In this document: piece after piece, positions 18,121 to 27,455 of the stretch | Numbering within the stretch: position 1 is the first letter of the stretch | Layout of the letters: every line of letters begins with the position of its first letter | Source of the DNA: Acinetobacter phage 133 | Sequence record: HM114315.1 | Length of the DNA: 64,000 nt | Direction: 5' to 3' (one strand) | Notes under the pieces: generated by a model | The model's database searches: none | Seen by the model: the letters and a program-made list of their open reading frames with translations, nothing else | Told to the model about the DNA's origin: nothing | Translations under genes and position numbers: made by a program

Positions 18121-18640
18121 TTTCTTCCTCGAATAAAAAAGACAGGCTTGTGTCAGGTAGGTTTTCAATTTGATTGTTTGCTTTTTTGTTCAGCGAAGTT
18201 TCAAATTTTTGCATTTTATCATATATGTCCTGGATGAAATCTTCATCAGCCATTGAGGCCATTTCAGGATCACGAGAATCATACACATTATGCACAAAGT
18301 ATGAATACTTTGTCGCTGCTTGCTTTTTCTCTTGTGTGATGCGTTGGATAAAGCAGTTATTGCATATCATGGTGATATAAGCGTGGGGATTTTTATATTT
18401 AGTCTCGTCAAAACGATCCAGATATTTGACCACAATTTCAATCGCGTCCCCAACCATTTCTTCTTTCCAATCTTCAGTGTATCGACTGAATTTATGGAAT
18501 GAACTAAACCCTCGAGCAATATCTATAATTGCATCGCCAATTGAATTGGGCATTTGCACTTTCTGACCTGCCTCGTAGCAGGCCTGTTTCCATGTGCAAA
18601 TATCCTCATACAATTTTTTATTGTCTACATAATTTGCCAT
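18104..18640 (-). CDS. 55: late-promoter sigma factor gp55
   Basis: 178 aa. Strong identity to T4 gp55 (ETKYKNPHAYIT, KYSYFVHNVYDSRD, DEDFIQDIYDKM). Confidence 0.85.
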   Translation of the reverse strand: MANYVDNKKLYEDICTWKQACYEAGQKVQMPNSIGDAIIDIARGFSSFHKFSRYTEDWKEEMVGDAIEIVVKYLDRFDETKYKNPHAYITMICNNCFIQRITQEKKQAATKYSYFVHNVYDSRDPEMASMADEDFIQDIYDKMQKFETSLNKKANNQIENLPDTSLSFLFEEENESTD

Positions 18641-18694
18641 TTAATTACCAATTCGCTTGTGTTGAATTATATTATACTAGGGATTACCAAAGCA

Positions 18695-18991
18695 TCATAG
18701 CTCAGCATCATGTCCCAAGTTAACCAGGGTTTCGCGTAACGTGTGTATTCGAGCAATATGATTATCAATAAAGATAACAGGATACACAATCCGACGAGAG
18801 GGTAACTTTGCACGGGCAACTAGGGAGTCAATAACGGCCAGATCATACTGAGGCATTCCATCAGGACCTTTGCTTAGCACCCGAATAAAGTTATATTCTA
18901 ACCCGGCTTCTGCACAAATCCGCTTTGCTTCCTTACATGAGAAGCATAAGAAATCATCTTCATGAATTCCGTAGATGTCTATTTTAGGCAT
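18695..18991 (-). CDS. nrdH: NrdH-like glutaredoxin
   Basis: 98 aa; CFSC redox motif near the N-terminus. Sits between 55 and 49, as T4 nrdH does. Confidence 0.5.
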   Translation of the reverse strand: MPKIDIYGIHEDDFLCFSCKEAKRICAEAGLEYNFIRVLSKGPDGMPQYDLAVIDSLVARAKLPSRRIVYPVIFIDNHIARIHTLRETLVNLGHDAEL

Positions 18992-19470
18992 TGGTTGTCC
19001 TTTAATATTTTGCGAATACCGTTACGATAGCATTTCACGAGCTGTTCTTTGCCCATAGTCAGATTGTGCATAATCGCTTGAGTATCGAGTTCTGCGATCA
19101 TCTCAGTCTTGTTTAAGCGGCTGAACCACTTAACTCGATCTGGGACGAACTGTGGATGAATAGAACTATCATGGACACACGTTTCATGGTATTCTACTAA
19201 TGACTTAAGCCATTCTACCATATCTATATCTTGACCCTTTAACCCAGATCTATCGAACTTGTGTTTAATTTGGCCTTCGGCTGCATTGCAGAGCGAACAT
19301 AAAAGTCCACGAACCTTGCCGGCACGTGGACCTGTTAAAGCGTGATCATGGTCCAGGTGATTGCTGTACACATCTGGATTTAGGCCACGCTTGCAGATTC
19401 TACACACTCCGTTTTGGACAGAGTATAAATGTAGTTTTTCTTCTTTAAGGGTTTTAGCAGTTAAAAGCAT
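18979..19470 (-). CDS. 49: endonuclease VII (Holliday junction resolvase) gp49
   Basis: 163 aa. NPDV..NHLDHDH.L.GP.AGKVRGLLC.LCNAAEGQ.KHKF.RSGLKGQ matches T4 gp49 almost residue for residue. Confidence 0.85.
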   Translation of the reverse strand: MLLTAKTLKEEKLHLYSVQNGVCRICKRGLNPDVYSNHLDHDHALTGPRAGKVRGLLCSLCNAAEGQIKHKFDRSGLKGQDIDMVEWLKSLVEYHETCVHDSSIHPQFVPDRVKWFSRLNKTEMIAELDTQAIMHNLTMGKEQLVKCYRNGIRKILKDNQCLK

Positions 19471-19492
19471 ATCAAAGTCTCCTTTGATATAT

Positions 19493-19753
19493 TTAGCCTT
19501 TAATCACACGGATGAAATCAGTATCCATGAAAATGCACCATAGATCTAAATCTGTTGCTTCTGCAACATCAAGTTCATTACCGTCTGGATCTTTAACCAC
19601 AACAGCACCAGTTAAACCCATTAATGTACCTGATTCTACCACTTCATAGGAGTGACCCACTTTAATACCAAATCGAGCCGCAATTTCTGGATTATGCACT
19701 TGGTATAATTCATTGGGGACAATTTTATCACCAACTTCAATAATATCACTCAT
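19493..19753 (-). CDS. hypothetical protein
   Basis: 86-aa ORF. Confidence 0.35.
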   Translation of the reverse strand: MSDIIEVGDKIVPNELYQVHNPEIAARFGIKVGHSYEVVESGTLMGLTGAVVVKDPDGNELDVAEATDLDLWCIFMDTDFIRVIKG

Positions 19754-20031
19754 ACCGGCACCATTTGATGTGAAGACAAAAAAACACCATCGTTATCTTG
19801 GGACCACGTTACAAAGGCCCAATAAGTAGTAGCAAATGGCGATCCAGTCAATAATGAATGCACTTCGCCGGTTACAGTGTTGCGAATTTCATCCGCAAAA
19901 TGAAAACCTAAACCTTCTTCAAATTTAATGTCGACAGGTTCATATACAGTGTCTGGACTCAGATTGAATTCTTGAGCAAATGCTTCAACATCATGTTCTG
20001 ATAAAAAAACGGGATCAAATTTAAATAACAT
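19750..20031 (-). CDS. hypothetical protein (start adjusted)
   Basis: ORF track 19750..20127; the internal Met MLFKFD reduces overlap with the next ORF. Confidence 0.3.
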   Translation of the reverse strand: MLFKFDPVFLSEHDVEAFAQEFNLSPDTVYEPVDIKFEEGLGFHFADEIRNTVTGEVHSLLTGSPFATTYWAFVTWSQDNDGVFLSSHQMVPV

Positions 20032-20260
20032 TGTATTCACCTGGAATTGCAGTAGATAATAAAAGGGTATGTGGTTGAGCTTTGATAATTTCTTGGGTAT
20101 CCTCATTTTTAAGTGAAGTAACTCCAATAAATCCGTCGGTCATAACAGTCCGCTTCATTACTCGATATTTTACACCGAGTTCAAACTGACTTGCAAATTC
20201 TTCATTTCCATCAAACTCGAAGAATTCTGTGGTTAGATATACACAATCGCCTATGTTCAT
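20021..20260 (-). CDS. hypothetical protein
   Basis: 79-aa ORF. Confidence 0.3.
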   Translation of the reverse strand: MNIGDCVYLTTEFFEFDGNEEFASQFELGVKYRVMKRTVMTDGFIGVTSLKNEDTQEIIKAQPHTLLLSTAIPGEYNVI

Positions 20261-20487
20261 GGTGGAACCTCTTCTGAATAAAATTCTTGCTCGGTCATAT
20301 GGCCTAGATACGCAAAGCCAGTATATGTTACATCGTGTTCTAACATATGTTGTTCAAACTCTTTAAGACGGGCCAGATTCACTTTATACGGCCCATCAAA
20401 TGAAGCAATAACACGAGTCGTCTTATTTGCGGATAACCCTGCAAGCTCAACCCAATGTTTAGCCAATGCAGATTGATTTGTTTGCAT
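20257..20487 (-). CDS. hypothetical protein
   Basis: 76-aa ORF. Confidence 0.35.
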   Translation of the reverse strand: MQTNQSALAKHWVELAGLSANKTTRVIASFDGPYKVNLARLKEFEQHMLEHDVTYTGFAYLGHMTEQEFYSEEVPP

Positions 20488-20944
20488 TTACTTTAGCCTC
20501 CAATTTTGAAGCAACTAACTTAGTGAAGGCTGTTTTTCGTTTATCTTTGAATGAAAACAATTCAACTAGCTCATCTTCAGTAAAAATAGCATCCAGTTGA
20601 CGAATAGCAAGCTCAACTTTATAAGTCTTGTCCGAAACCTCTTTTTGCTTTAAATATGCACTATACCAATTCCAGAAGACGTCAAAATTTGGTTTTTTCA
20701 AATCAATTGATTCAACAATTTCATTTGGAATATGGAGTACCGTATCAAAACGAGTAGCCCATTTTTCTGGATCGCGGTGAGAAACCGTTAAAATATAAGT
20801 ACCGTTATGAGCAGGCTCAATAACACCTTTTTCAGAACTTACACTCGAATCACGATAACTAATCTGTTCTGCCAGCATTGTCCCAATTCTTTCCATCCAG
20901 CGCATAAAATTCCACGCGGACATTGAATTTACATCTATGGTCAT
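20459..20944 (-). CDS. hypothetical protein
   Basis: 161-aa ORF. Confidence 0.4.
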   Translation of the reverse strand: MTIDVNSMSAWNFMRWMERIGTMLAEQISYRDSSVSSEKGVIEPAHNGTYILTVSHRDPEKWATRFDTVLHIPNEIVESIDLKKPNFDVFWNWYSAYLKQKEVSDKTYKVELAIRQLDAIFTEDELVELFSFKDKRKTAFTKLVASKLEAKVNANKSICIG

Positions 20945-21270
20945 ACTGATACCTTCGCGAAAAAGTGTGGGGTTGATTCAGTAAAGAATGCCCAAAAATT
21001 TGGATCATCTTCCAGACGAAACACTTCTTTAGTATCCGTGTCTTGAAGAGTGACTACGCCAATAGTTAAACTGCGTAATTCAGTTTGATCATCCATTGCA
21101 TTTGACTCAACAAGGCGAAGGATTTTAAACTTTGCCCCAACTCGACCAAGACTTGGATTTTTCTTGATGTATAGTCGAACATTTTTACGACCTAAATCAG
21201 TCAGAGTTACAATTTGACCCACTTCAAGTTTTACTGGGTTTAGGTAAGTTTCCATTGACATATTATTCAC
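20941..21270 (-). CDS. hypothetical protein
   Basis: 109-aa ORF. Confidence 0.4.
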   Translation of the reverse strand: MNNMSMETYLNPVKLEVGQIVTLTDLGRKNVRLYIKKNPSLGRVGAKFKILRLVESNAMDDQTELRSLTIGVVTLQDTDTKEVFRLEDDPNFWAFFTESTPHFFAKVSV

Positions 21271-22171
21271 CGTTCATAATGGCTTGGGCTTGAGTTAAAC
21301 ACACAATCTGTGCGGTTAATAGAAGGCAATCCTCTTGCAATTTAGACTGCTCTTTCTGTAAAGTGTTAGTACGTTCTTTATAAGTTTTTAACTTATCTTG
21401 CAACTCGAGTATTTTATCACTTAATTTTGGTTCTGTACATGGTGCTTCGGAAATAGTAGGGTCATTTATTGGCCCCGCCTTAGGTCCCACTGCATTAGCC
21501 ATAGAAATAAATGGATTAGCAGACTTTACTAAAATAACACCAATATTAGCCGAATTTTGATCAATGGTAATATCCAGATTATTGGATTGCTTCAAATATT
21601 CAACCAGTGTATTGGTAATTACATATACTTCTGATAGAGGTGTTTCCATTTTCACAGGCGATACTCGGATGGTGTACGGTCCTGGTCCTTTGAATCCCTG
21701 AATATACACCGCTCCATACTTAATTCCGTCTGGCTTAAATTCAAGCTTTAGAGTACGATGGTTCACTCTTGCGAATGACGCAATCAGATAATTTAATTCT
21801 TGATGCATGAAATAATTAAATGCCTGGTTTGTATGGTTAAGTGTGTACCGACCACGAAGTCCTGTTGCTTCACCACATACAAATTTACCAAACTGTGACA
21901 TACGTCGGTTATCAACTATCGTGCGAAACCACATGGTTTGTTGTAACTTTTTATTAATCAGTAAAATCGCAGGCTTACTTGAAGGAGATCCTTCGTATTG
22001 CAAATGTCGTTTAACAATACGCTCAACTGTTTTACTCGGAGGCAACCCAAATCGTGAAAATAAAGCCGTCGTGACATGATTTACATGCGCAGTAAGTTGA
22101 CCAGCATGAGAAGTGCGCGGCATCACTTGACGGAATGCCGCAGTTAGTTCATCGAGTATTTGTCGCTTCAT
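21263..22171 (-). CDS. hypothetical protein with C-terminal coiled coil
   Basis: 302 aa; heptad-like C-terminus KILELQDKLKTYKERTNTLQKEQSKLQ. Confidence 0.4.
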   Translation of the reverse strand: MKRQILDELTAAFRQVMPRTSHAGQLTAHVNHVTTALFSRFGLPPSKTVERIVKRHLQYEGSPSSKPAILLINKKLQQTMWFRTIVDNRRMSQFGKFVCGEATGLRGRYTLNHTNQAFNYFMHQELNYLIASFARVNHRTLKLEFKPDGIKYGAVYIQGFKGPGPYTIRVSPVKMETPLSEVYVITNTLVEYLKQSNNLDITIDQNSANIGVILVKSANPFISMANAVGPKAGPINDPTISEAPCTEPKLSDKILELQDKLKTYKERTNTLQKEQSKLQEDCLLLTAQIVCLTQAQAIMNGE

Positions 22172-22887
22172 ATTAAAGCCCCCATGTCAAAACCGTTCGC
22201 AACCCAAATCACATTACCAAGTTGCAGCACGTGCGTAATTGAGGTAATTTCAGTCACTTTCCATTCAGCTTTTTCCAAATTGCTGCATACTCGGAATGGA
22301 ATTGACGATGTATCATAAAACGCGACTTGTTTGACCCCAGCGTGACTAATCATCAATATGGCGAAATCCGCTTTATTTAATTTTTGCACACGAGCATTGT
22401 TTTTACGGTAGCCAGGTGAGCCAAAAATTGTATGCCCAACCTGTGGAATAGGCCGCACTTTAATACTGTCAATGGTGTGAATACCAAATTCACCAAACGG
22501 AAGTAATTCGCTGATTTCTTCATATGCGGTATCAAAAATGTCTTCATACTTACTAAAATCATCATCAAATTTTGATTGGAATTCTTCGCTGTTCAGGTCG
22601 ACCCCAAACAACATTGAAAACACGTGTGTAATTGTTTCATTTGATGCCTTGCGATTATCATATTCTTGTCGGGACCAATTATGATAATCTTCACGAGGAA
22701 ATAATAAAGTGGTACCCAATGTGTTCAGAAATTCCATTGTACCTACGCTAGGGTGGCCATCAAAAAATTTATTCTCTTCGAATAAAATTGGGTCAGGCTC
22801 ATGCGGGTTAAATGTAAATGAAGTATCGATATAATCACCATCATTTGTATCGCCACGGATGATGCATTCATGTGTATGGTTATTCAT
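22168..22887 (-). CDS. hypothetical protein
   Basis: ORF track 22168..22920; start taken at MNNHTHE. Confidence 0.4.
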   Translation of the reverse strand: MNNHTHECIIRGDTNDGDYIDTSFTFNPHEPDPILFEENKFFDGHPSVGTMEFLNTLGTTLLFPREDYHNWSRQEYDNRKASNETITHVFSMLFGVDLNSEEFQSKFDDDFSKYEDIFDTAYEEISELLPFGEFGIHTIDSIKVRPIPQVGHTIFGSPGYRKNNARVQKLNKADFAILMISHAGVKQVAFYDTSSIPFRVCSNLEKAEWKVTEITSITHVLQLGNVIWVANGFDMGALI

Positions 22888-23191
22888 CGCCAAAGTCCTG
22901 TAATAAAGATAAAATTGCATTTTTCATGCGTAAACGTTTTGCATTAGCTCGGTTCAACTCGTCTACGTACTTTTGGTTCAATGCCATAATTTGCATTAAC
23001 TTAGTATCGTGCTGGTCATCAAACACACCAACAATTTGGCTAATCCAATAGCACTTATCGTTCATGCTTTGGAATGTGTTATTGCCAACGCCTTGATCGG
23101 TTTTCACTTCGTGAAGTTCCAAGAAGGCGTCAATTTCAGGTCGACTGATAAGTACAAACTTGCCAGTTAAATTTTTAATTTTTTCCATGTT
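22880..23191 (-). CDS. hypothetical protein
   Basis: ORF track 22880..23239; start taken at MEKIKNL. Confidence 0.35.
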   Translation of the reverse strand, partial: NMEKIKNLTGKFVLISRPEIDAFLELHEVKTDQGVGNNTFQSMNDKCYWISQIVGVFDDQHDTKLMQIMALNQKYVDELNRANAKRLRMKNAILSLLQDFGDE

Positions 23192-23195
23192 TTCC

Positions 23196-24050
23196 TCAAA
23201 ATTCAGTTGACCAAATACCCCAATATTTGCGAGCATCATCCGGATTCATTACACAACCATTGTTGTAAACATACTTGCCCATAGTCCATTCCCAATTGGT
23301 AATGTAAGAATACGCTTGTGGTTGTTCAAGAGCGTTAATATAATTTTTTGATGCGTTACGGAAAATTGCGCAATGTTTGTAATCTGAGCAATTTTTAATT
23401 TTGTACACCAAAACATTGGCCATACAGCCACCGTTGCGTACATGTTTGTCAACCATACGTTCGAGCTTGTTCAATGCCTTACGAAAGCCTGCATTATTGG
23501 CCCAGGTAGAGCAAGATTCATATTGATGCAAATGTTCTTTTACATCCGGATGATTGAACTTCGGATCATAGCGTTTGTGGTTATTTTCATGCTTCACAAA
23601 TTTACGCAGTTTATCAACATTTTTCAGATGTTTAAGATCCACACTTCCCCATACACCATGGTCATGATCAAAGTGCCAATCATAAAATTCTTCATCTGAA
23701 ATTGGTTCGTAATCTGGTTCAAAATCAGATGTAAAGTGATCGTACTCATCCCACCAGTTAGATGTCTGTACAATAGGCAAGACGTCATAGTTAATTCCAG
23801 CGATGTATTGGATCTTTTCATATTTAAAATATTCACCGTATCGACCAATTGATTTAAGTTTAGAGATAGGAACATCAATACCTTGTGCAGCCAGCCATTG
23901 TTGAATATATGGATAGTCTTCAAATTTTGCATCCATTGCTTGATCGTTCAGGAAACGAGCAGCAGTAATTGCAGTTGTTTCCATAGGAACCACAAATAAT
24001 AAATCTTTGTGGGCTTCGCTATCCGAAATATAAACTACGAAAAGATCCAT
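23196..24050 (-). CDS. hypothetical protein
   Basis: 284-aa acidic, Trp/Tyr-rich ORF. Confidence 0.4.
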   Translation of the reverse strand: MDLFVVYISDSEAHKDLLFVVPMETTAITAARFLNDQAMDAKFEDYPYIQQWLAAQGIDVPISKLKSIGRYGEYFKYEKIQYIAGINYDVLPIVQTSNWWDEYDHFTSDFEPDYEPISDEEFYDWHFDHDHGVWGSVDLKHLKNVDKLRKFVKHENNHKRYDPKFNHPDVKEHLHQYESCSTWANNAGFRKALNKLERMVDKHVRNGGCMANVLVYKIKNCSDYKHCAIFRNASKNYINALEQPQAYSYITNWEWTMGKYVYNNGCVMNPDDARKYWGIWSTEF

Positions 24051-24055
24051 ATAAT

Positions 24056-24478
24056 TTAATCCTCAAATTCAATGATAGGACAAGACTTTTCTTTTTTCGC
24101 CTTGATGTATGATATCGTAACGCCGTTTTTGTTATTTGTAAACACTTTATCCTTAAGATTGCATGCGCAAACAACAAATATTGCAGAAACAATCACAATG
24201 ACTGTACCCACAATTAGGCCGACTATGGCCGAGGCCAGATAAGTTAGCCAGTGGTTTCCAACTGGAGCTACACTCATTTGAGTAATGATAGTTTCTCCAA
24301 TAGGAAATGTAACTATCACTGCAATGATGAATAATATTGCTAAAACCCCCAGAGGTTTTAGCACTTGCCAAACATAATCACATAGACCGTGTTTAGGGAT
24401 TTCCCCGGTTGCCTGGATGAAACGATAATGCCAAGAGTTCTTACTAATTTTCATAGTGTTTTCCACACGTATAAACAT
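24056..24478 (-). CDS. membrane protein, paralog A of 26377..26859
   Basis: 140 aa, 2 to 3 transmembrane helices. Shared N-terminus MKI...SWHYR and C-terminus KAKKEKSCPIIEFED with paralog B. Confidence 0.45.
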   Translation of the reverse strand: MFIRVENTMKISKNSWHYRFIQATGEIPKHGLCDYVWQVLKPLGVLAILFIIAVIVTFPIGETIITQMSVAPVGNHWLTYLASAIVGLIVGTVIVIVSAIFVVCACNLKDKVFTNNKNGVTISYIKAKKEKSCPIIEFED

Positions 24479-24732
24479 GTCGCAATGACCAAAATTGCCA
24501 CCACGTCAACAATGGTCGTAGCCCGCATAATTCGCGATGAGTGCTTATTTCCATTGTTAACAGTGTACATTTCGCCATCAATGGTGCTCATCGGGAAGTC
24601 ATTGTCTTTGTGGCGAACCCAGAGGACCATCTTTGACCCTTGATGACGAACTGATACAATTTTAACAAATGTCATCATAGACCAGAGCCAGATATATTGT
24701 CCAGATTTGAAGTGCTTAAACTTTGAACTCAT
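24451..24732 (-). CDS. hypothetical protein with C-terminal transmembrane helix
   Basis: 93 aa; C-terminal VVAILVIATCLYVW. Confidence 0.35.
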   Translation of the reverse strand: MSSKFKHFKSGQYIWLWSMMTFVKIVSVRHQGSKMVLWVRHKDNDFPMSTIDGEMYTVNNGNKHSSRIMRATTIVDVVAILVIATCLYVWKTL

Positions 24733-25834
24733 TTTGGTTCTCCGCTAGTTGAGTTAAGAAATATTCTGATACTTCCTTTGCATATACATGCTCGATCAGG
24801 TCGTACCAATAATCAAGGTCTACTTTATCGCGCCATCCATCCAAAGCACGTTTTTTGGCCAAGTTATCTACTTTCTCAACCAGTGTATCTAAATGTGTCT
24901 GAACGTCCGTAAACGGAATTATACCTTGTTTAATTTGAAGCAAATAATCAGCATATGGTAACGGGTAAACAATATCACCATTCGTGTAAATGTCTTCCAA
25001 TTGCAACCCACCACGGATTGCATGGTGTAATGATTTCCAATCGATGCCTTCATTTCGCTCGGCCTGGCGTGCTCGTTCTCCATAATCATTCCACTTACGG
25101 TTTACAGCATGTTTGAATCGCTTCACCGATAATGTACTTTGATACGCAGAACCCAATACTTTAAAGTACAAACCTTCGTTCACGGTGTCCATGAATGCAT
25201 ACTCCGGATCAATCGGAGCTTGGTCAAAGAAATCACCGATCAATGTGTCTTGGTGCATAACCCCATCCTGGAACGTCACATTTTTAATTCGCTTGTCACC
25301 TTCCACATAAAGATCTACTGGTTTTGTTTCGGGTAACGTAGCAGCCCAATCTTTAACTGTACGTAACGCACCAAGGCGCGAACCTTTGATTCCGTACTTC
25401 GCTGCTTGTCGCTTGACATAACCCAAGTATGCTTTCATGCTCGTAGTATAGAACAAATGCCGACGACTCTGAATCAATGTCCAAATATGGCCATATGTCG
25501 GGTCCAGTTCGACCATGTTCTCTGGTGCATGAAGCATGTCAATTGCAATAGTTTCGCCTTTGAATGCCATTTCCAGGAATGCCTGAAGGCTGAAGTATTC
25601 TTCATCTACGTCCTGGGCCGTATTTTTTACTTCATCGCTCGCAGTATTATGCAAGATGTTCTTTTTAACGTTGCCCATAAGAATGTCACGAGGCTCAGGA
25701 ATATAAATGCCCTTGTAGTCCGTGTCAGACTCTGGAGTTGAAGTTCCATATAGTTTAGAACCAAATTGTACGCGCATAATAAGTTTCATTATTTTCTCTC
25801 TACTGAAAAACGGATTCGTGTGGTTTCCCGACAC
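24716..25834 (-). CDS. Pol-beta superfamily nucleotidyltransferase (predicted)
   Basis: 372 aa. N-terminal GS-x9-DxD signature (QFGSKLYGTSTPESDTDYKGIYIP) typical of minimal nucleotidyltransferases. The remainder is alpha-helical. Confidence 0.5.
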   Translation of the reverse strand: MSGNHTNPFFSREKIMKLIMRVQFGSKLYGTSTPESDTDYKGIYIPEPRDILMGNVKKNILHNTASDEVKNTAQDVDEEYFSLQAFLEMAFKGETIAIDMLHAPENMVELDPTYGHIWTLIQSRRHLFYTTSMKAYLGYVKRQAAKYGIKGSRLGALRTVKDWAATLPETKPVDLYVEGDKRIKNVTFQDGVMHQDTLIGDFFDQAPIDPEYAFMDTVNEGLYFKVLGSAYQSTLSVKRFKHAVNRKWNDYGERARQAERNEGIDWKSLHHAIRGGLQLEDIYTNGDIVYPLPYADYLLQIKQGIIPFTDVQTHLDTLVEKVDNLAKKRALDGWRDKVDLDYWYDLIEHVYAKEVSEYFLTQLAENQNEFKV

Positions 25835-26112
25835 GTTGTAATAGTGAATATGTCCAATTTTACATTTGTTCGGTCTCGGTGACAGATCAGGGCAGACCCA
25901 ACTGCATCAGAGCTCAAAAGTTTATTTGGGAGATGTCTGTTGTACAAGTCCCGGGAGTCAATTTCAATTTGCCAATTTGCCTGGGTAGGATTATGCCGGA
26001 TATACTCGGCCATACATTCTTCAACTTCGGCAAATACGGCTAGGGCAAAATCTTCTGTGTCGGCCTTGAACTTGGCTGATACTTCATCGATTAAATTTTG
26101 AAAGTCAAACAT
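25789..26112 (-). CDS. hypothetical protein
   Basis: 107-aa ORF. Confidence 0.35.
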   Translation of the reverse strand: MFDFQNLIDEVSAKFKADTEDFALAVFAEVEECMAEYIRHNPTQANWQIEIDSRDLYNRHLPNKLLSSDAVGSALICHRDRTNVKLDIFTITTCRETTRIRFSVERK

Positions 26113-26113
26113 A

Positions 26114-26380
26114 TTACCTCAATTGTGAGTCTTTTGACCCACGCCTATTGTAGTACGACACATGCTTTGTATCATGATCGGATTGACACGATACGCAATA
26201 TTGCACACCTTTCACAGCCAATCTACGTCCTGCTGGAATCTCATTATCACAATCAAGACAATGAGTTTCAGTGGGTTTACTTTCTTTTAATTCCAGGTCC
26301 AATCTAGCCCAGTCAATAGCGTCATTAATTGTTGACGTCATTGTTTCAAATACTGGATCGCTTGGACCCCACCCGTTCAA
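26114..26380 (-). CDS. DksA/TraR-family C4 zinc-finger protein
   Basis: 88 aa. CLDC-x17-CVSC four-Cys finger with DksA/TraR spacing. Confidence 0.5.
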   Translation of the reverse strand: MNGWGPSDPVFETMTSTINDAIDWARLDLELKESKPTETHCLDCDNEIPAGRRLAVKGVQYCVSCQSDHDTKHVSYYNRRGSKDSQLR

Positions 26381-26859
26381 TGTTCAATCTCAATCATTGG
26401 ACAAAGTTTCTGCTTACGAGCTTTGATATAAGAACGAACTAGACCAGGCTCTTTTGGTTTATGTGTAATGTATTTGTTATACTTGCGATTATAAATCAAT
26501 TTAGATATCGCCTCACTCAATTCAATTACGATTCCGATCGCAAGACATACCCCACCTACGATGAAAACCGTAGTCAATATGCCCAAAAGTAATATCAATG
26601 GCCAGATATCAGGTGAATACCAATGTAGGTATAATGTATTAACTTCAAACACACCGGCTGCATTACCTAAAAAGCCCACTGCAACTGTACCTAGGAACCA
26701 AATGACAATCGCTGTGATTAATGCAATTGCGGCTAGACCCATTAAACGATACAAAGTTACCCGCACATATGGGCATAGTGAAGGGGGAACCGATTCATCC
26801 CAGTTTTTGCAGAATGAAGTATTAAGACGGTAATGCCAAGAAGTAGCTTTAATTTTCAT
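26377..26859 (-). CDS. membrane protein, paralog B of 24056..24478
   Basis: 160 aa, multiple transmembrane helices. N-terminus MKIKATSWHYR and C-terminus KARKQKLCPMIEIEH parallel paralog A. Confidence 0.45.
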   Translation of the reverse strand: MKIKATSWHYRLNTSFCKNWDESVPPSLCPYVRVTLYRLMGLAAIALITAIVIWFLGTVAVGFLGNAAGVFEVNTLYLHWYSPDIWPLILLLGILTTVFIVGGVCLAIGIVIELSEAISKLIYNRKYNKYITHKPKEPGLVRSYIKARKQKLCPMIEIEH

Positions 26860-27089
26860 TGCGGATTACCTTTAATAATGGTCAATACTACACGCTGTTC
26901 TTCACCATTTAAAAATGCATATTGACATACACCCGTTTGATCAACAGTTTCAATGATCGAAGCTGGGATACCTTTTGCATTGAAGGTCGCCACATGATTA
27001 GTGAATGCAAAATCAAACTGCTCGGTTGACAATGTAGATTGCCCTACAATTTGGGTTACGATAATATAATTAACCATTTTATTTCTCAC
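26856..27089 (-). CDS. hypothetical protein
   Basis: 77-aa ORF. Confidence 0.35.
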   Translation of the reverse strand: MRNKMVNYIIVTQIVGQSTLSTEQFDFAFTNHVATFNAKGIPASIIETVDQTGVCQYAFLNGEEQRVVLTIIKGNPQ

Positions 27090-27099
27090 GTTGGTTGGA

Positions 27100-27175
27100 A
27101 TAAGAGAATATTAAACCGATAGAAATAAAAAGTAAACCCTAAAACGAAAAAAGAGAGCATATGCTCTCTTTTCTT
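27100..27175. repeat. intergenic repeat copy B
   Basis: gaatattaaaccgatagaaataaaaagtaaaccctaaaacgaaaaaa plus hairpin. Confidence 0.6.
27151..27172. terminator. bidirectional intrinsic terminator embedded in repeat copy B
   Basis: AGAGAGCA-ta-TGCTCTCT hairpin flanked by an A-run and TTTTCTT. Confidence 0.5.
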
Positions 27176-27455
27176 AAGTTATTGGGACGTAAGGCTGTTC
27201 ACGCAGGTTTGCATACCAGCTATGACTTCGCCACTCAATGTTAAATGGAAATGGTTTGTTATATTCAACAGTCGAACTTAGAATTTTCTTCCATGCTCGA
27301 TATTGCGTACCATCAGGCATTGTAAATGTTGCAATTGGGTAGTTACCCAGGAATTCTTTCCCTACTTCCGTGAGAAAACGCGCGCGCTCTCCCTCGATTA
27401 GGTAAAAGCGGTCATTTTTCAACAAATGCATGGTTGGCGTATAGTCAAAACTCAT
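27174..27455 (-). CDS. hypothetical protein
   Basis: 93-aa ORF preceded by a terminator. Confidence 0.4.
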   Translation of the reverse strand: MSFDYTPTMHLLKNDRFYLIEGERARFLTEVGKEFLGNYPIATFTMPDGTQYRAWKKILSSTVEYNKPFPFNIEWRSHSWYANLREQPYVPIT

